Notes under the pieces: generated by a model
The model's input: the letters and a program-made list of their open reading frames with translations, nothing else
Told to the model about the DNA's origin: nothing
Database searches by the model: none
IMG/VR virus record: IMGVR_UViG_3300045988_038566
Length of the DNA stretch: 47,547 nucleotides
Source: a virus
Strand: one strand, 5' to 3'
Shown here: piece by piece, positions 9,469 to 17,373 of the stretch
Layout: each line of letters begins with the position of its first letter
Position numbering within the stretch: position 1 is the stretch's first letter
Program-made: the position numbers and the translations under genes

Positions 9469-9798
9469 ATGGACGTGATAAGGGGCGACGGGTCACTATT
9501 GACAGAAATTGACCTTGCACCAGCAAATGACCATCAAGCAGTCATACAAAATATTGCGGTTATTCTGGACACGGTGCAGGGTTCCTGCCCTATGTTCCGT
9601 GATTTTGGTTTGCCCGGCAGCCTATACGGAAGACCGCAGCCAGTAGTTGAAAATATACTGGTGGGCTATCTGTACGACCAGATAGAAGAATTTGAACCAC
9701 GGGCGCAGGTTGCAGACATTACATTTGAACATGACGCAGCCACAGGGCGCACAATACCTATTATTTATTTGGAGGAGGTGGAAACAGACAATGAGTGA
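9469..9798 (+). CDS. Baseplate wedge protein gpW/gp25-like
   Basis: 109 aa. ...AVIQNIAVILDTVQGSCPMFRDFG...IEEFEPR... is typical of the GPW/gp25 family. Confidence 0.75.
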   Translation: MDVIRGDGSLLTEIDLAPANDHQAVIQNIAVILDTVQGSCPMFRDFGLPGSLYGRPQPVVENILVGYLYDQIEEFEPRAQVADITFEHDAATGRTIPIIYLEEVETDNE

Positions 9799-10933
9799 CA
9801 GAAAATACCCAGACATTGACTTTGTGGAAACCGACACAGAAACAATAGAAAGCAATCTAATTGCATTGTATGAAAATATGGTGCAGCAGGTGCCGGGGCG
9901 TGAACGCTACAAGGTGTATCCAGCGTCACCGGAAAGGCTTTTTATTGCGTGGGTTGCAAATATCATTGTGCAACAGCGTGTCATTATCAATGAAACGGCA
10001 AAAAAGAACGTGCCACGTTATGCAGACGGTGAATACTTGGACAGCTTGGCAGAATTATTCAAGGACTTGGAAAGACTGCCAGCAAGCCCAGCGTCTGCAA
10101 TGTTCCGTTTTTATATTTCAGAAGCACAGAAACAATCAGTGATTATTCCTGCGGGCACCAGAATTTCTTTTGATGGTGCAATTTTATTTGAAACAAAAGA
10201 AAATCTGGAAATAAAAGCCGGGCAGACATACGGGGACGTTGAGGGAATTTGCACCACAGCGGGCGACGTCGGAAATAATCTGGCAGCGGGGCAGGTAAAA
10301 GAACTGGTTGACCTATACGACTACTACCAGAAAGCAGAGAACATCACGGCGACCAGCGGCGGCGCAGAAGAAGAGGACGACGCCAGTTATTATGAGCGTA
10401 TGCGTGAGAGCATGGAGAGTTTCAGCACGGCGGGTCCTATTAACGGGTACATATACTGGACAAAGAGCGTATCACCAGCCGTGGCAGACGTGGCAGTGAC
10501 AAGCCCAGAACCTTGCGTTGTAGACGTCCGGGTGCTTTTGCAGAATGGACAGCAGGCAACGTCCGGGGTACTGAAAGAGATTGAAGACGCCTTGAACGCT
10601 TCTGACATTAGACCACTTACAGACAAAGTGACGGTATCTGCACCGGAAACGGTAGCATTTGACATTGATGTGACTTTTTATATTCCACAGCCAGACGCAG
10701 CCAGCGCCACAGTTATTGCGGCAGCGGCAACGCAGGCAGTAGAAGAGTACGTGACATGGCAGACAAGCAAAATGGGGCGGGATATTAACCCGTCATACCT
10801 AACAGCAAAGCTGATGGAAGCAGGCGTGAAACGTGTTGAAGTCAGAAAGCCAGCATTCACGGTTGTTGATGATATAAAGGTTGCAAAGCTGGGAAACAAA
10901 AGCGTTCTGAATGGAGGTATTGAAAATGTCTAA
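9791..10933 (+). CDS. Baseplate J-like protein
   Basis: 380 aa from ATG 9791, overlapping the gpW-like stop. It follows the gp25-like gene, and its size and sequence resemble the gpJ/XkdT family. Confidence 0.85.
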   Translation: MSDRKYPDIDFVETDTETIESNLIALYENMVQQVPGRERYKVYPASPERLFIAWVANIIVQQRVIINETAKKNVPRYADGEYLDSLAELFKDLERLPASPASAMFRFYISEAQKQSVIIPAGTRISFDGAILFETKENLEIKAGQTYGDVEGICTTAGDVGNNLAAGQVKELVDLYDYYQKAENITATSGGAEEEDDASYYERMRESMESFSTAGPINGYIYWTKSVSPAVADVAVTSPEPCVVDVRVLLQNGQQATSGVLKEIEDALNASDIRPLTDKVTVSAPETVAFDIDVTFYIPQPDAASATVIAAAATQAVEEYVTWQTSKMGRDINPSYLTAKLMEAGVKRVEVRKPAFTVVDDIKVAKLGNKSVLNGGIENV

Positions 10934-11927
10934 AACAATTTACAATGCCGATTATTCAGAGTGCCTGCCGGAAGTGCTAAAGAAAGACCCCAAAATGGTT
11001 GCACTGGCAAACGCCACAGCAGCAACACTGCTGGACACTTCCGGGATAATTGACAATGTGCTGATATATTCCAGATTTGATGAATTACCAGAAGAACTGG
11101 TGGACATTCTGGCATACGACCTGCACGTTGACTGGTACGACTACAATTACCCACTGGAAGCAAAACGGGATTTAGTAAAAAACAGTGTCAAGGTTCATAA
11201 GAAAATGGGCACAAAATACGCCATTGAAACAGCGTTGGGAAGTTTATTTCCAGAAAGTGAAGTGGAAGAGTGGTTCCAGTATGAGGGAGAACCCGGACAC
11301 TTTCATATTGTGCTTGATGTGACAAACCAGAGAATAACGGCAGACTACGCAGCTATTATCCGGGCAGTGAAAATGTATAAAAGATTATCTGCGCACATGG
11401 ACGAATTAACCTATCAAGGGCAGGTTCACGGCGTCATATACACCCACGGGGAGTATTTCAGATACAAAACACCGCTGACCGGAAGACTTAACGCCGGAAC
11501 ATACCCGCAGAGAAACACAAAAGCCGGGATAGGTGCTGCAACCTATATTGTGGGAACGGAAGCAGCAGGCTTCATATTCACAGCACCAGCAGCAGGCACA
11601 AAGCCATACAGAAACACGGTATTTTCGCAGCAGGCGGCGCATATCGACGCAGACACGGCGTTGAATACGTTTAGCTATACAAATACACCAGCAGGACGGA
11701 TAAAAGCCGGAGAACAGCCACAGAGGAACACCAGAGGGCAGACAAGCGGCGTCACAGTCACGGCAAGTGACAGAATGGAAGCACACCGCTTCACAGTTCC
11801 GGCAGCAGGAACCGTCCCAGAAAGAAGCACGGTGCAGCGGACACAGGGCGGCACCGTAGGGACAAGCACGCAGGCAATGGGGTTTTCATACGGCGTCAAG
11901 CCGTGCGGAAGCCACAGGAAGCTATAA
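10926..11927 (+). CDS. P2 gpI-like baseplate/tail protein with a four-fold C-terminal peptide repeat
   Basis: 333 aa from ATG 10926, overlapping the J stop. The N-terminus ...LPEVLKKDPKMVALANA...LDILAYDLHVDWYD... is gpI/XkdU-like. The C-terminus carries 4 AGxxPxR(N/S)T repeats. Confidence 0.7.
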   Translation: MSKTIYNADYSECLPEVLKKDPKMVALANATAATLLDTSGIIDNVLIYSRFDELPEELVDILAYDLHVDWYDYNYPLEAKRDLVKNSVKVHKKMGTKYAIETALGSLFPESEVEEWFQYEGEPGHFHIVLDVTNQRITADYAAIIRAVKMYKRLSAHMDELTYQGQVHGVIYTHGEYFRYKTPLTGRLNAGTYPQRNTKAGIGAATYIVGTEAAGFIFTAPAAGTKPYRNTVFSQQAAHIDADTALNTFSYTNTPAGRIKAGEQPQRNTRGQTSGVTVTASDRMEAHRFTVPAAGTVPERSTVQRTQGGTVGTSTQAMGFSYGVKPCGSHRKL

Positions 11928-11942
11928 AGGAGGTGAAAAGCC

Positions 11943-12254
11943 ATGTTGACAACAGACGCAATCAATGATTTCAAAGATTTCATTGATAATATCATTGCCT
12001 ATGCAAAAGTAACCGTCAACGGCGTTTCTGAAAAAAAGGTGATACACCGCCGGGAACGTCTGAAAGACGGCAGGGTTGCTGTATATGTACAGATTACCCC
12101 GCAGGTAAGCGGAAAAGCCACAGTGCAGAGGGTGCAGCTTTACAACAAGAACAATAAGTTGTGGGCTGACAAGGCGGTAAATATTCCACTTAACAATGTA
12201 CAAGAGGGCGTTTTGTACCGATTTACTTTTGATTTTACAGAAAAGGAGGTGTAA
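11943..12254 (+). CDS. Hypothetical tail-fibre-module protein
   Basis: 103 aa, RBS AGGAGGTG upstream, tight spacing with neighbours. Confidence 0.5.
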   Translation: MLTTDAINDFKDFIDNIIAYAKVTVNGVSEKKVIHRRERLKDGRVAVYVQITPQVSGKATVQRVQLYNKNNKLWADKAVNIPLNNVQEGVLYRFTFDFTEKEV

Positions 12255-12257
12255 CAG

Positions 12258-12752
12258 ATGTACGAACAGAAGTTATGGCAAGACCATGTAACAGAGTTTG
12301 AAGACCGCTACACGGAAAGCAGAAATGATGATGGAACTATCACGCACACACCAGTTGAGGGGGAAATAATTCAGCAGGGAACACCGCAGAACGCAACCAA
12401 CTTCAACCACATGGAAAACGGTATTTCCAATGCAACAGAAACGGCAGCACTTATGGCGCTTTCTACAATCCACCACCAGCAGGCAATAGCTGACTTGCAG
12501 GGAGAAACAGCAACGGTGACTTTGAAGAATACGCAGCAGTACCCGTTCAACAATTCTACACAGTCAGTTGCGCTGAAGACTGAAAGAAACCACATGGACT
12601 ACACCGTGGAAACAGAAATAGTGGACTACACGGGCGGTTTTCCGGGCGACATTGTTATTACAGAAAAGTTGCTGAATGGTTTTAAGATGGCACACACAGG
12701 AAGCGCAAAAAGCGTGACCGTAAAAGTTTATGTGAAAGGTGGGTTTTACTAA
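12258..12752 (+). CDS. Putative tail fibre / fibre-associated protein
   Basis: 164 aa. The N-terminal pattern W.DHV......Y....DGT.......G...Q.GTP.NA.N.N..E.GI is common in Firmicutes prophage fibre proteins (recalled from memory, not searched). Confidence 0.5.
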   Translation: MYEQKLWQDHVTEFEDRYTESRNDDGTITHTPVEGEIIQQGTPQNATNFNHMENGISNATETAALMALSTIHHQQAIADLQGETATVTLKNTQQYPFNNSTQSVALKTERNHMDYTVETEIVDYTGGFPGDIVITEKLLNGFKMAHTGSAKSVTVKVYVKGGFY

Positions 12753-12934
12753 TGGCAGCAGGTGTGATTATTAAGACAGAGGAACGCAGACAGCACGAAG
12801 AAGCGGTTATGCGTTCTTTTGGCGTGCAGGGTAGCGGGACAGCAGCACAGAGAGAAGCAGCGGAGGTTATCGCAGCCAGAAGCAGCGAGGTAGTAAGAAA
12901 CCAGAATGGAGGTAGAAAGTATTATGGCTACTAA
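12752..12934 (+). CDS. Small hypothetical protein (60 aa)
   Basis: ATG overlaps the upstream TAA (TAATG). It overlaps the next gene by 11 nt. Weak call. Confidence 0.3.
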   Translation: MAAGVIIKTEERRQHEEAVMRSFGVQGSGTAAQREAAEVIAARSSEVVRNQNGGRKYYGY

Positions 12935-13277
12935 TAAAATCAATGTAGTTGAAAAAACACCGGGCACACATATTGAATATGCACTGTCTGGCGGTAAAAA
13001 AATCACGTTCGGTGATGATGAATTAACAATCAATCTTGCCAGCCGTGAAAGAGATTTTGAAGTGTCACTGGACATTTGCATTGACGAAGAAGACGGCGTG
13101 GTGATTGGCACCGGAGGACGTGCGCAGAAGTACGCTGCGCAGATTGTTATTCCTGCCAGACGCTATGATGTTATCGAAGACGGAGAGGACGAAAACGGAG
13201 AACCGAAAGAAATTCCAGTGCCTATCCCATTCGATATGTCGCTTTGCACACTTATTCTTTGGGGATTGGAGGTATAA
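12924..13277 (+). CDS. Hypothetical protein immediately upstream of DGR target 1
   Basis: 117 aa from ATG 12924 (GGAGG at 12908-12912). The alternative start is ATG 12906. Confidence 0.5.
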   Translation: MATNKINVVEKTPGTHIEYALSGGKKITFGDDELTINLASRERDFEVSLDICIDEEDGVVIGTGGRAQKYAAQIVIPARRYDVIEDGEDENGEPKEIPVPIPFDMSLCTLILWGLEV

Positions 13278-13283
13278 AGAATT

Positions 13284-14336
13284 ATGTCTAATTTTGATGA
13301 TTTAGCAATGGCGGTTGCTTCTTTTGGGGGCAACAATGCAGTAAAGTTTGATGATTTGGGTATGCCGTCAATTATGGTGGGTATTCCAAAAATGAAGTAT
13401 TCCGACATTATCACCGGAGGAACACAGGAAACATTGCCGTGGTGGATTGTGGACGGAGTAGAAAAAGAAGTTATCTGGGTATCGAAGTATATTAACGTCG
13501 TGGTCAACGACCGTGCATACTCACTGCCAATGAAAGACCCTAAAGCATACATTGACTTTGACACAGCACTTGCAGTATGCCGCAGAAAGGGTGAGGGCTG
13601 GCACCTTAACCAGAACGGCGTATTTGCCGCAATCAACCTTTGGTGTATGAAAAACGGCTTCACGCCCCGTGGAAACACAAACTGGGACAGAAGCTATGAA
13701 AAGGGATATGAAAAGGGTATCAACACATACATTGACGGTTCACACGGCGGCGGCAGAACCGCAACTGGTTCTGGTCCGGTAACTTGGAACCATGACGGCA
13801 GCCCGGCTGGAATTGCCGACCTTTGCGGCAACTGCTGGGAGTGGGTATCTGGTATGCGCATTGTAGATGGTGAAATTCAGATTATCCCATACGGAAACGC
13901 CATGAAGTCTGACTGCAACATGGGTGCAAAAAGTACAGAGTGGAAAGCAATTAAGCCGGACGGCACACTTGTAGCACCGGGAACGGTTGGAACATTAAAG
14001 ATTGACAGAACCAGTGCGAGTGACGCAACACTGCGTATCAACACAAGTGTCACAACACAGACGACGGACAGCAACGACACAAGCGTACCATTCAAAGATA
14101 CAAAGGCAGTAAGCGGCGTAACCGTTCCGCAGATTTTGATTGCGTCCGGTTTATATCCAGACGCAGGACAGACAACGCCGGGCAGATTTTGGGCAAGAAA
14201 CAACGGCGAAAGACTGCCTATCCGGGGTTCGAGTTTCGGCAACACTTCCTATGGTGGTGCTGGTGCGCTGAGCTTGAACTTCCCTCGTTCTTACGTCATC
14301 AACAATGTGTCGTTCCGTTCCGCTTTTGTGGAATAA
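13284..14336 (+). CDS. DGR variable protein 1 (C-type-lectin / FGE-sulfatase-fold receptor-binding protein, tail-fibre locus)
   Basis: 350 aa. It has the core motifs RRKGEGWHL and DLCGNCWEWVSG. The C-terminal 37 codons are the VR matching the downstream TR. Confidence 0.9.
   Translation: MSNFDDLAMAVASFGGNNAVKFDDLGMPSIMVGIPKMKYSDIITGGTQETLPWWIVDGVEKEVIWVSKYINVVVNDRAYSLPMKDPKAYIDFDTALAVCRRKGEGWHLNQNGVFAAINLWCMKNGFTPRGNTNWDRSYEKGYEKGINTYIDGSHGGGRTATGSGPVTWNHDGSPAGIADLCGNCWEWVSGMRIVDGEIQIIPYGNAMKSDCNMGAKSTEWKAIKPDGTLVAPGTVGTLKIDRTSASDATLRINTSVTTQTTDSNDTSVPFKDTKAVSGVTVPQILIASGLYPDAGQTTPGRFWARNNGERLPIRGSSFGNTSYGGAGALSLNFPRSYVINNVSFRSAFVE
14215..14325 (+). repeat. DGR variable repeat VR1 (111 nt)
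   Basis: Identical to TR 14936-15046 except at 8 positions, all of which are adenines in TR. Confidence 0.92.
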
Positions 14337-14337
14337 C

Positions 14338-14353
14338 TGGAAACTGGGAACTG
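14338..14353 (+). promoter_or_regulatory. Candidate IMH-like recipient element downstream of VR1 (TGGAA-ACTGGGAACTG)
   Basis: Shared with the VR2 flank (27101-27117) and absent downstream of TR. Confidence 0.4.
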
Positions 14354-14362
14354 TTATACTGT

Positions 14363-14384
14363 GGGGCTTACGGCAGTAAGCCCC
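14363..14384 (+). other. GC-rich hairpin with 4-nt loop downstream of VR1 (DGR target-recognition type; could also terminate)
   Basis: GGGGCTTAC (14363-14371), loop GGCA, GTAAGCCCC (14376-14384). The 9-bp stem is perfect. Confidence 0.55.
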
Positions 14385-14419
14385 CCTATTTTGAAACTAA
14401 AGTAAAGGTGGTTTAAGAA

Positions 14420-14878
14420 ATGCCAGAAAATACAGCAGAACAACTGCCGCAACTGGATAACGTGCGGGACAATGCGACGCAAGAAGATTTCAAAATGAAA
14501 AATAAAGTATATGAAATGCTTTTGTATGCGTACCCAGCATTAGAACAATTTCCAAAGAGCGACAGAAAACTTGCGGACCATATACGGGAAGCAATACTGC
14601 AAGTGTTTGAATTAGTGATACACCTTGAAAACAAACACTACAAGAAAACGACGTTGGGAGAACTTGACGACCAGTTGGACGTCCTGCGGCACCTTGTAAG
14701 GCTTGCGGCAGACCAGCAGTTGCACCCAGACAAGAAACCATGCTTGCCAATACGCAAATATGAAATATTGTCAAGAAAGATAAATGAAATAGGGTGCATG
14801 ATTGGCGGGTATTATAAATCACTGAACGGCAGCACGGCTGGAAACGGCGGTGCTGCAAATAAAAGCAATGGTAAATAG
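14420..14878 (+). CDS. avd: DGR accessory variability determinant (Avd, four-helix-bundle protein)
   Basis: 152 aa. ...VYEMLLYAYPALEQFPKSDRKLADHIREAIL...LDVLRHLVRLAADQQL...YEILSRKINEIGCMIGGYYKS fits the Avd pattern. It lies between the target and TR. RBS AAGGTGG upstream; the alternative start is ATG 14495. Confidence 0.85.
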   Translation: MPENTAEQLPQLDNVRDNATQEDFKMKNKVYEMLLYAYPALEQFPKSDRKLADHIREAILQVFELVIHLENKHYKKTTLGELDDQLDVLRHLVRLAADQQLHPDKKPCLPIRKYEILSRKINEIGCMIGGYYKSLNGSTAGNGGAANKSNGK

Positions 14879-14898
14879 CAGGGTAACACCTGCTTTTT
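14878..14898 (+). terminator. Weak terminator-like hairpin between avd and TR
   Basis: GCAGG (14878-14882), loop GTAACA, CCTGC (14889-14893), then TTTTT (14894-14898). The stem is only 5 bp. Confidence 0.35.
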
Positions 14899-14935
14899 AT
14901 ATTATGGGAATAAGCCGTTAATAGAGGACTTGCCG

Positions 14936-15046
14936 TGCCTATCCGGGGTTCGAGTTTCAACAACACTTCCAATGGTGGTGCTGGTGCGCTGAACTTGAAC
15001 AACCCTCGTTCTAACGTCAACAACAATGTGTCGTTCCGTTCCGCTT
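14936..15046 (+). repeat. DGR template repeat (TR, 111 nt)
   Basis: It is the invariant donor copy matching VR1 and VR2. It has 23 adenines and, in the target frame, 10 AAY codons. It is non-coding in context and sits between avd and the RT. Confidence 0.92.
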
Positions 15047-15307
15047 CACCCCATTTCTGCCAGCAGTCGTGTTCACAAGTGGGCACGTCCAGTGCGTATG
15101 GGTTAAAGGGGTTTATTTCCATTCCAAAGGCTGCCAGCCGGGAGCCGTAGGAAAAAGATTGAATTGCCGTAAAGATAGTTAGTAAGCCACAGGCTGAAAG
15201 TCAGAGCCGGAAACACTGGCACTGAATGTATATATCACGTTTGGGCTGCGGAAGAACCGCAGTTTGATTTGTACGGCGAAATTTTAACAACAGGAGGGAA
15301 AAGGGAA
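15047..15307 (+). ncRNA. TR-to-RT spacer of the DGR RNA (putative structured priming region)
   Basis: 261 nt of non-coding sequence between TR and the RT start. It contains the hairpin CTGCGG/CCGCAG (15246-15262). The assignment is by analogy to the BPP-1 DGR RNA spacer. Confidence 0.4.
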
Positions 15308-16522
15308 TTGCACAAAATCAAAAACATTTTCCCTATAATTTATGACTTTGAAAATCTCTTCAATGCGTATAAAGCCGGGATAAAGTGCAAGAGGTACAGA
15401 CCAGATGTGATGGCGTACACGGATAAGCTGGAAGAAAACTTGATTGAGTTACAGAATGAATTTATCTGGCAGACCTACACCGTGGGGCGCTACAACATAT
15501 TTTATGTTTACGAACCGAAAAAGCGCATGATTATGTCATTGCAATTCAAAGACCGGGTGGCACAGCACGCTATATATAGCCAGCTGAACCCGTATTTTGA
15601 AAAGCAGTTCATACATGACAGCTACGCTTGCAGAGTAGGCAAGGGAACACACAAAGCAGTCAACCGCCTGCATAACTGGTTGAAGCAGACAGACCGAAAG
15701 CCGCAGCGTTTCTATTATTTGAAACTGGATATTGCAAAGTATTTTTACCGGATAGACCATGAAGTATTGATGGACATTTTGCGGAAAAAGATTGCTGATA
15801 AAGATTTGTTGCACGTCTTGTCAGTGATTATAAACTGCGAAGACACAAACTTTGGTCTGCCACTGGGCGCAGATATTGGCGACGTGGCGTTTGATGAATT
15901 GCTGGGAGAAGTTGGGCTGCCTATTGGCAATTTGACTTCACAAATGTTTGCAAATTTGTATTTGAATGAACTTGACCAGTTCTGCAAACACAAACTGCAC
16001 CTGCGTTATTACATACGTTACATGGACGACATTATAATTTTGCACCCAGATAAAAAGTATCTGGAAAAGATAAAGAACAAAATTGCGGACTTTCTGGGAA
16101 AAGAACTGCGGTTGCAGCTTAACAAGAAAACCTGCATAAGACCAACCAGCATGGGTATTGAGTTTGTAGGGTTCCGCATTTGGTCAACACACATAAAATT
16201 GCGCAAGAAGACGGCAAAGAAGCTGAAACGACGATTGAAATATATGTTTGCAGCATATCACGCCGGAGAGATTGACAAAGATACACTGGATAGGTCCGTT
16301 GCTTCATACCGGGGCATATTACAGCATTTCAACAGCTACGGTATGCGCCAGAGCTTAAACGAACTGTACTTGCAGGAAATGGGCAAGCCATATCCAGAAC
16401 CGGAGAAGAAGCCAGACAGCAAATGCGGTCTATTCTGCGGATATTACGGCAGCGCTGATGATTATATCAAGCAGCCAGAAGACAAGGAGGTGACGGACAG
16501 TGGAAGCAATGCAGACGCTTAA
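15308..16522 (+). CDS. DGR reverse transcriptase
   Basis: 404 aa from TTG 15308 (AGGAGGG at 15292-15298); the ORF is open from 15269. Motifs seen: EPKKRMIMSLQFKDRVAQHA, LDIAKYFYRIDH, the DGR-type PIGNLTSQMFANLYL (SQ signature), and the catalytic YIRYMDDIIIL. Confidence 0.92.
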   Translation: MHKIKNIFPIIYDFENLFNAYKAGIKCKRYRPDVMAYTDKLEENLIELQNEFIWQTYTVGRYNIFYVYEPKKRMIMSLQFKDRVAQHAIYSQLNPYFEKQFIHDSYACRVGKGTHKAVNRLHNWLKQTDRKPQRFYYLKLDIAKYFYRIDHEVLMDILRKKIADKDLLHVLSVIINCEDTNFGLPLGADIGDVAFDELLGEVGLPIGNLTSQMFANLYLNELDQFCKHKLHLRYYIRYMDDIIILHPDKKYLEKIKNKIADFLGKELRLQLNKKTCIRPTSMGIEFVGFRIWSTHIKLRKKTAKKLKRRLKYMFAAYHAGEIDKDTLDRSVASYRGILQHFNSYGMRQSLNELYLQEMGKPYPEPEKKPDSKCGLFCGYYGSADDYIKQPEDKEVTDSGSNADA

Positions 16523-16952
16523 CCCAGCGGACGTCTGGGACATGGTGCAAAAAGCTATTGTATGGCTTGCGGGGATTGGGATTGTTATTGACTTAACGCC
16601 GGGAATTAAAATACAGCCCGTTCGCTGGTTGATTAAACAGCTGGGAAATCTTATGAACCACGACTTGAAAGAGCAGCTGAACCAGCTTGAAAAGGACTTT
16701 ATAGAACACAAGGTTGATAGCTGGCGCACGGAGATACTATCATTCCAGAGCAGTTGCATAAACCATGAACGCCATACAAAAGAAGAGTTTGACCATGTTA
16801 TTGATACATTGGCGAAGTATGACAAGTATATTAAGGACCACAAGTTGACAAACGGACAAGTTGACGTTGCGCATGAGTACATAGTGGATATTTACAAAGA
16901 ATGTATGCGCACAAACGACTTTGCTTTGACAAAGCCGGAAGAAGAACCATAG
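16500..16952 (+). CDS. Lysis-cassette membrane protein (N-terminal TM helix plus coiled coil), function unknown
   Basis: GTG 16500 lies 9 nt after AAGGAGG and overlaps the RT 3' end by 23 nt. Hydrophobic segment AIVWLAGIGIVIDL. Confidence 0.5.
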   Translation: MEAMQTLNPADVWDMVQKAIVWLAGIGIVIDLTPGIKIQPVRWLIKQLGNLMNHDLKEQLNQLEKDFIEHKVDSWRTEILSFQSSCINHERHTKEEFDHVIDTLAKYDKYIKDHKLTNGQVDVAHEYIVDIYKECMRTNDFALTKPEEEP

Positions 16953-16970
16953 GAGGTACAAAACAGCAAC

Positions 16971-17354
16971 ATGAAAAGTTTAATATTTTTTATCATTGGA
17001 TTTGCACTGGCATTAGCAGTGCTTTTTTTATGGAATTTACAGTATTTCAGACAGCGCAGGAAGAAGAGAAAAGAAGAGTTGCAGGAACACCCGGAGCGAA
17101 AGACCAGCGCAACAAAAATCATTATCTTTTCAATTCTGGCGACTTACTACATAGCATTTGCCGTTGGCGTGTGGGTAGTGGTCACAAAGGATTTTTACCA
17201 GTTATCAGTCTTGCTGACGTTCGTTGGCGGGGTAACTGCTGCCGCAGTAGCGTTCTACTGCTGGAAAGCAAAGGCAGAAAACCTGCTGAAAATCAAAGCT
17301 GCATACCCGGAGTTGTCCGGCACGCTGTCTGACTTTTCAAGCATGACGCAGTAG
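16971..17354 (+). CDS. Holin (multi-TM)
   Basis: 127 aa with three or four hydrophobic helices and charged linkers. It lies immediately upstream of the endolysin. Confidence 0.7.
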   Translation: MKSLIFFIIGFALALAVLFLWNLQYFRQRRKKRKEELQEHPERKTSATKIIIFSILATYYIAFAVGVWVVVTKDFYQLSVLLTFVGGVTAAAVAFYCWKAKAENLLKIKAAYPELSGTLSDFSSMTQ

Positions 17355-17373
17355 TGCAGGGGAGGTATAAGAC

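Noticed and set aside
14490-15122. 210-aa minus-strand ORF across avd and TR, plus other long antisense ORFs (3977-4939, 4988-6088, 22976-23755, 30381-30968, 40724-41374, 46720-47250)
   Set aside because: Each lies fully inside a well-supported gene on the opposite strand (Avd/TR, tape measure, integrase, PAPS reductase, TerL, connector genes). They lack RBSs and have low-complexity, Cys/Ser/Phe-rich shadow-frame composition.
14935-15150. 71-aa ORF covering the template repeat (MPIRGSSFNNTSNGGAGALNLNNPRSNVNNNVSFRSAS...)
   Set aside because: It is the TR read in the frame of the variable proteins. It has no RBS, and it loses similarity to the targets right after the repeat. It sits where a non-coding DGR TR is expected, so it is a translation artefact and not a third target.
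15308-16522. The RT as a group II intron maturase or a retron RT
   Set aside because: There is no flanking intron RNA domain structure and no maturase X or endonuclease domain. No msr/msd-type inverted repeats are seen. The SQ-containing motif (IGNLTSQ), the adjacent Avd and the TR/VR pairs with A-only mismatches identify it as a DGR RT.
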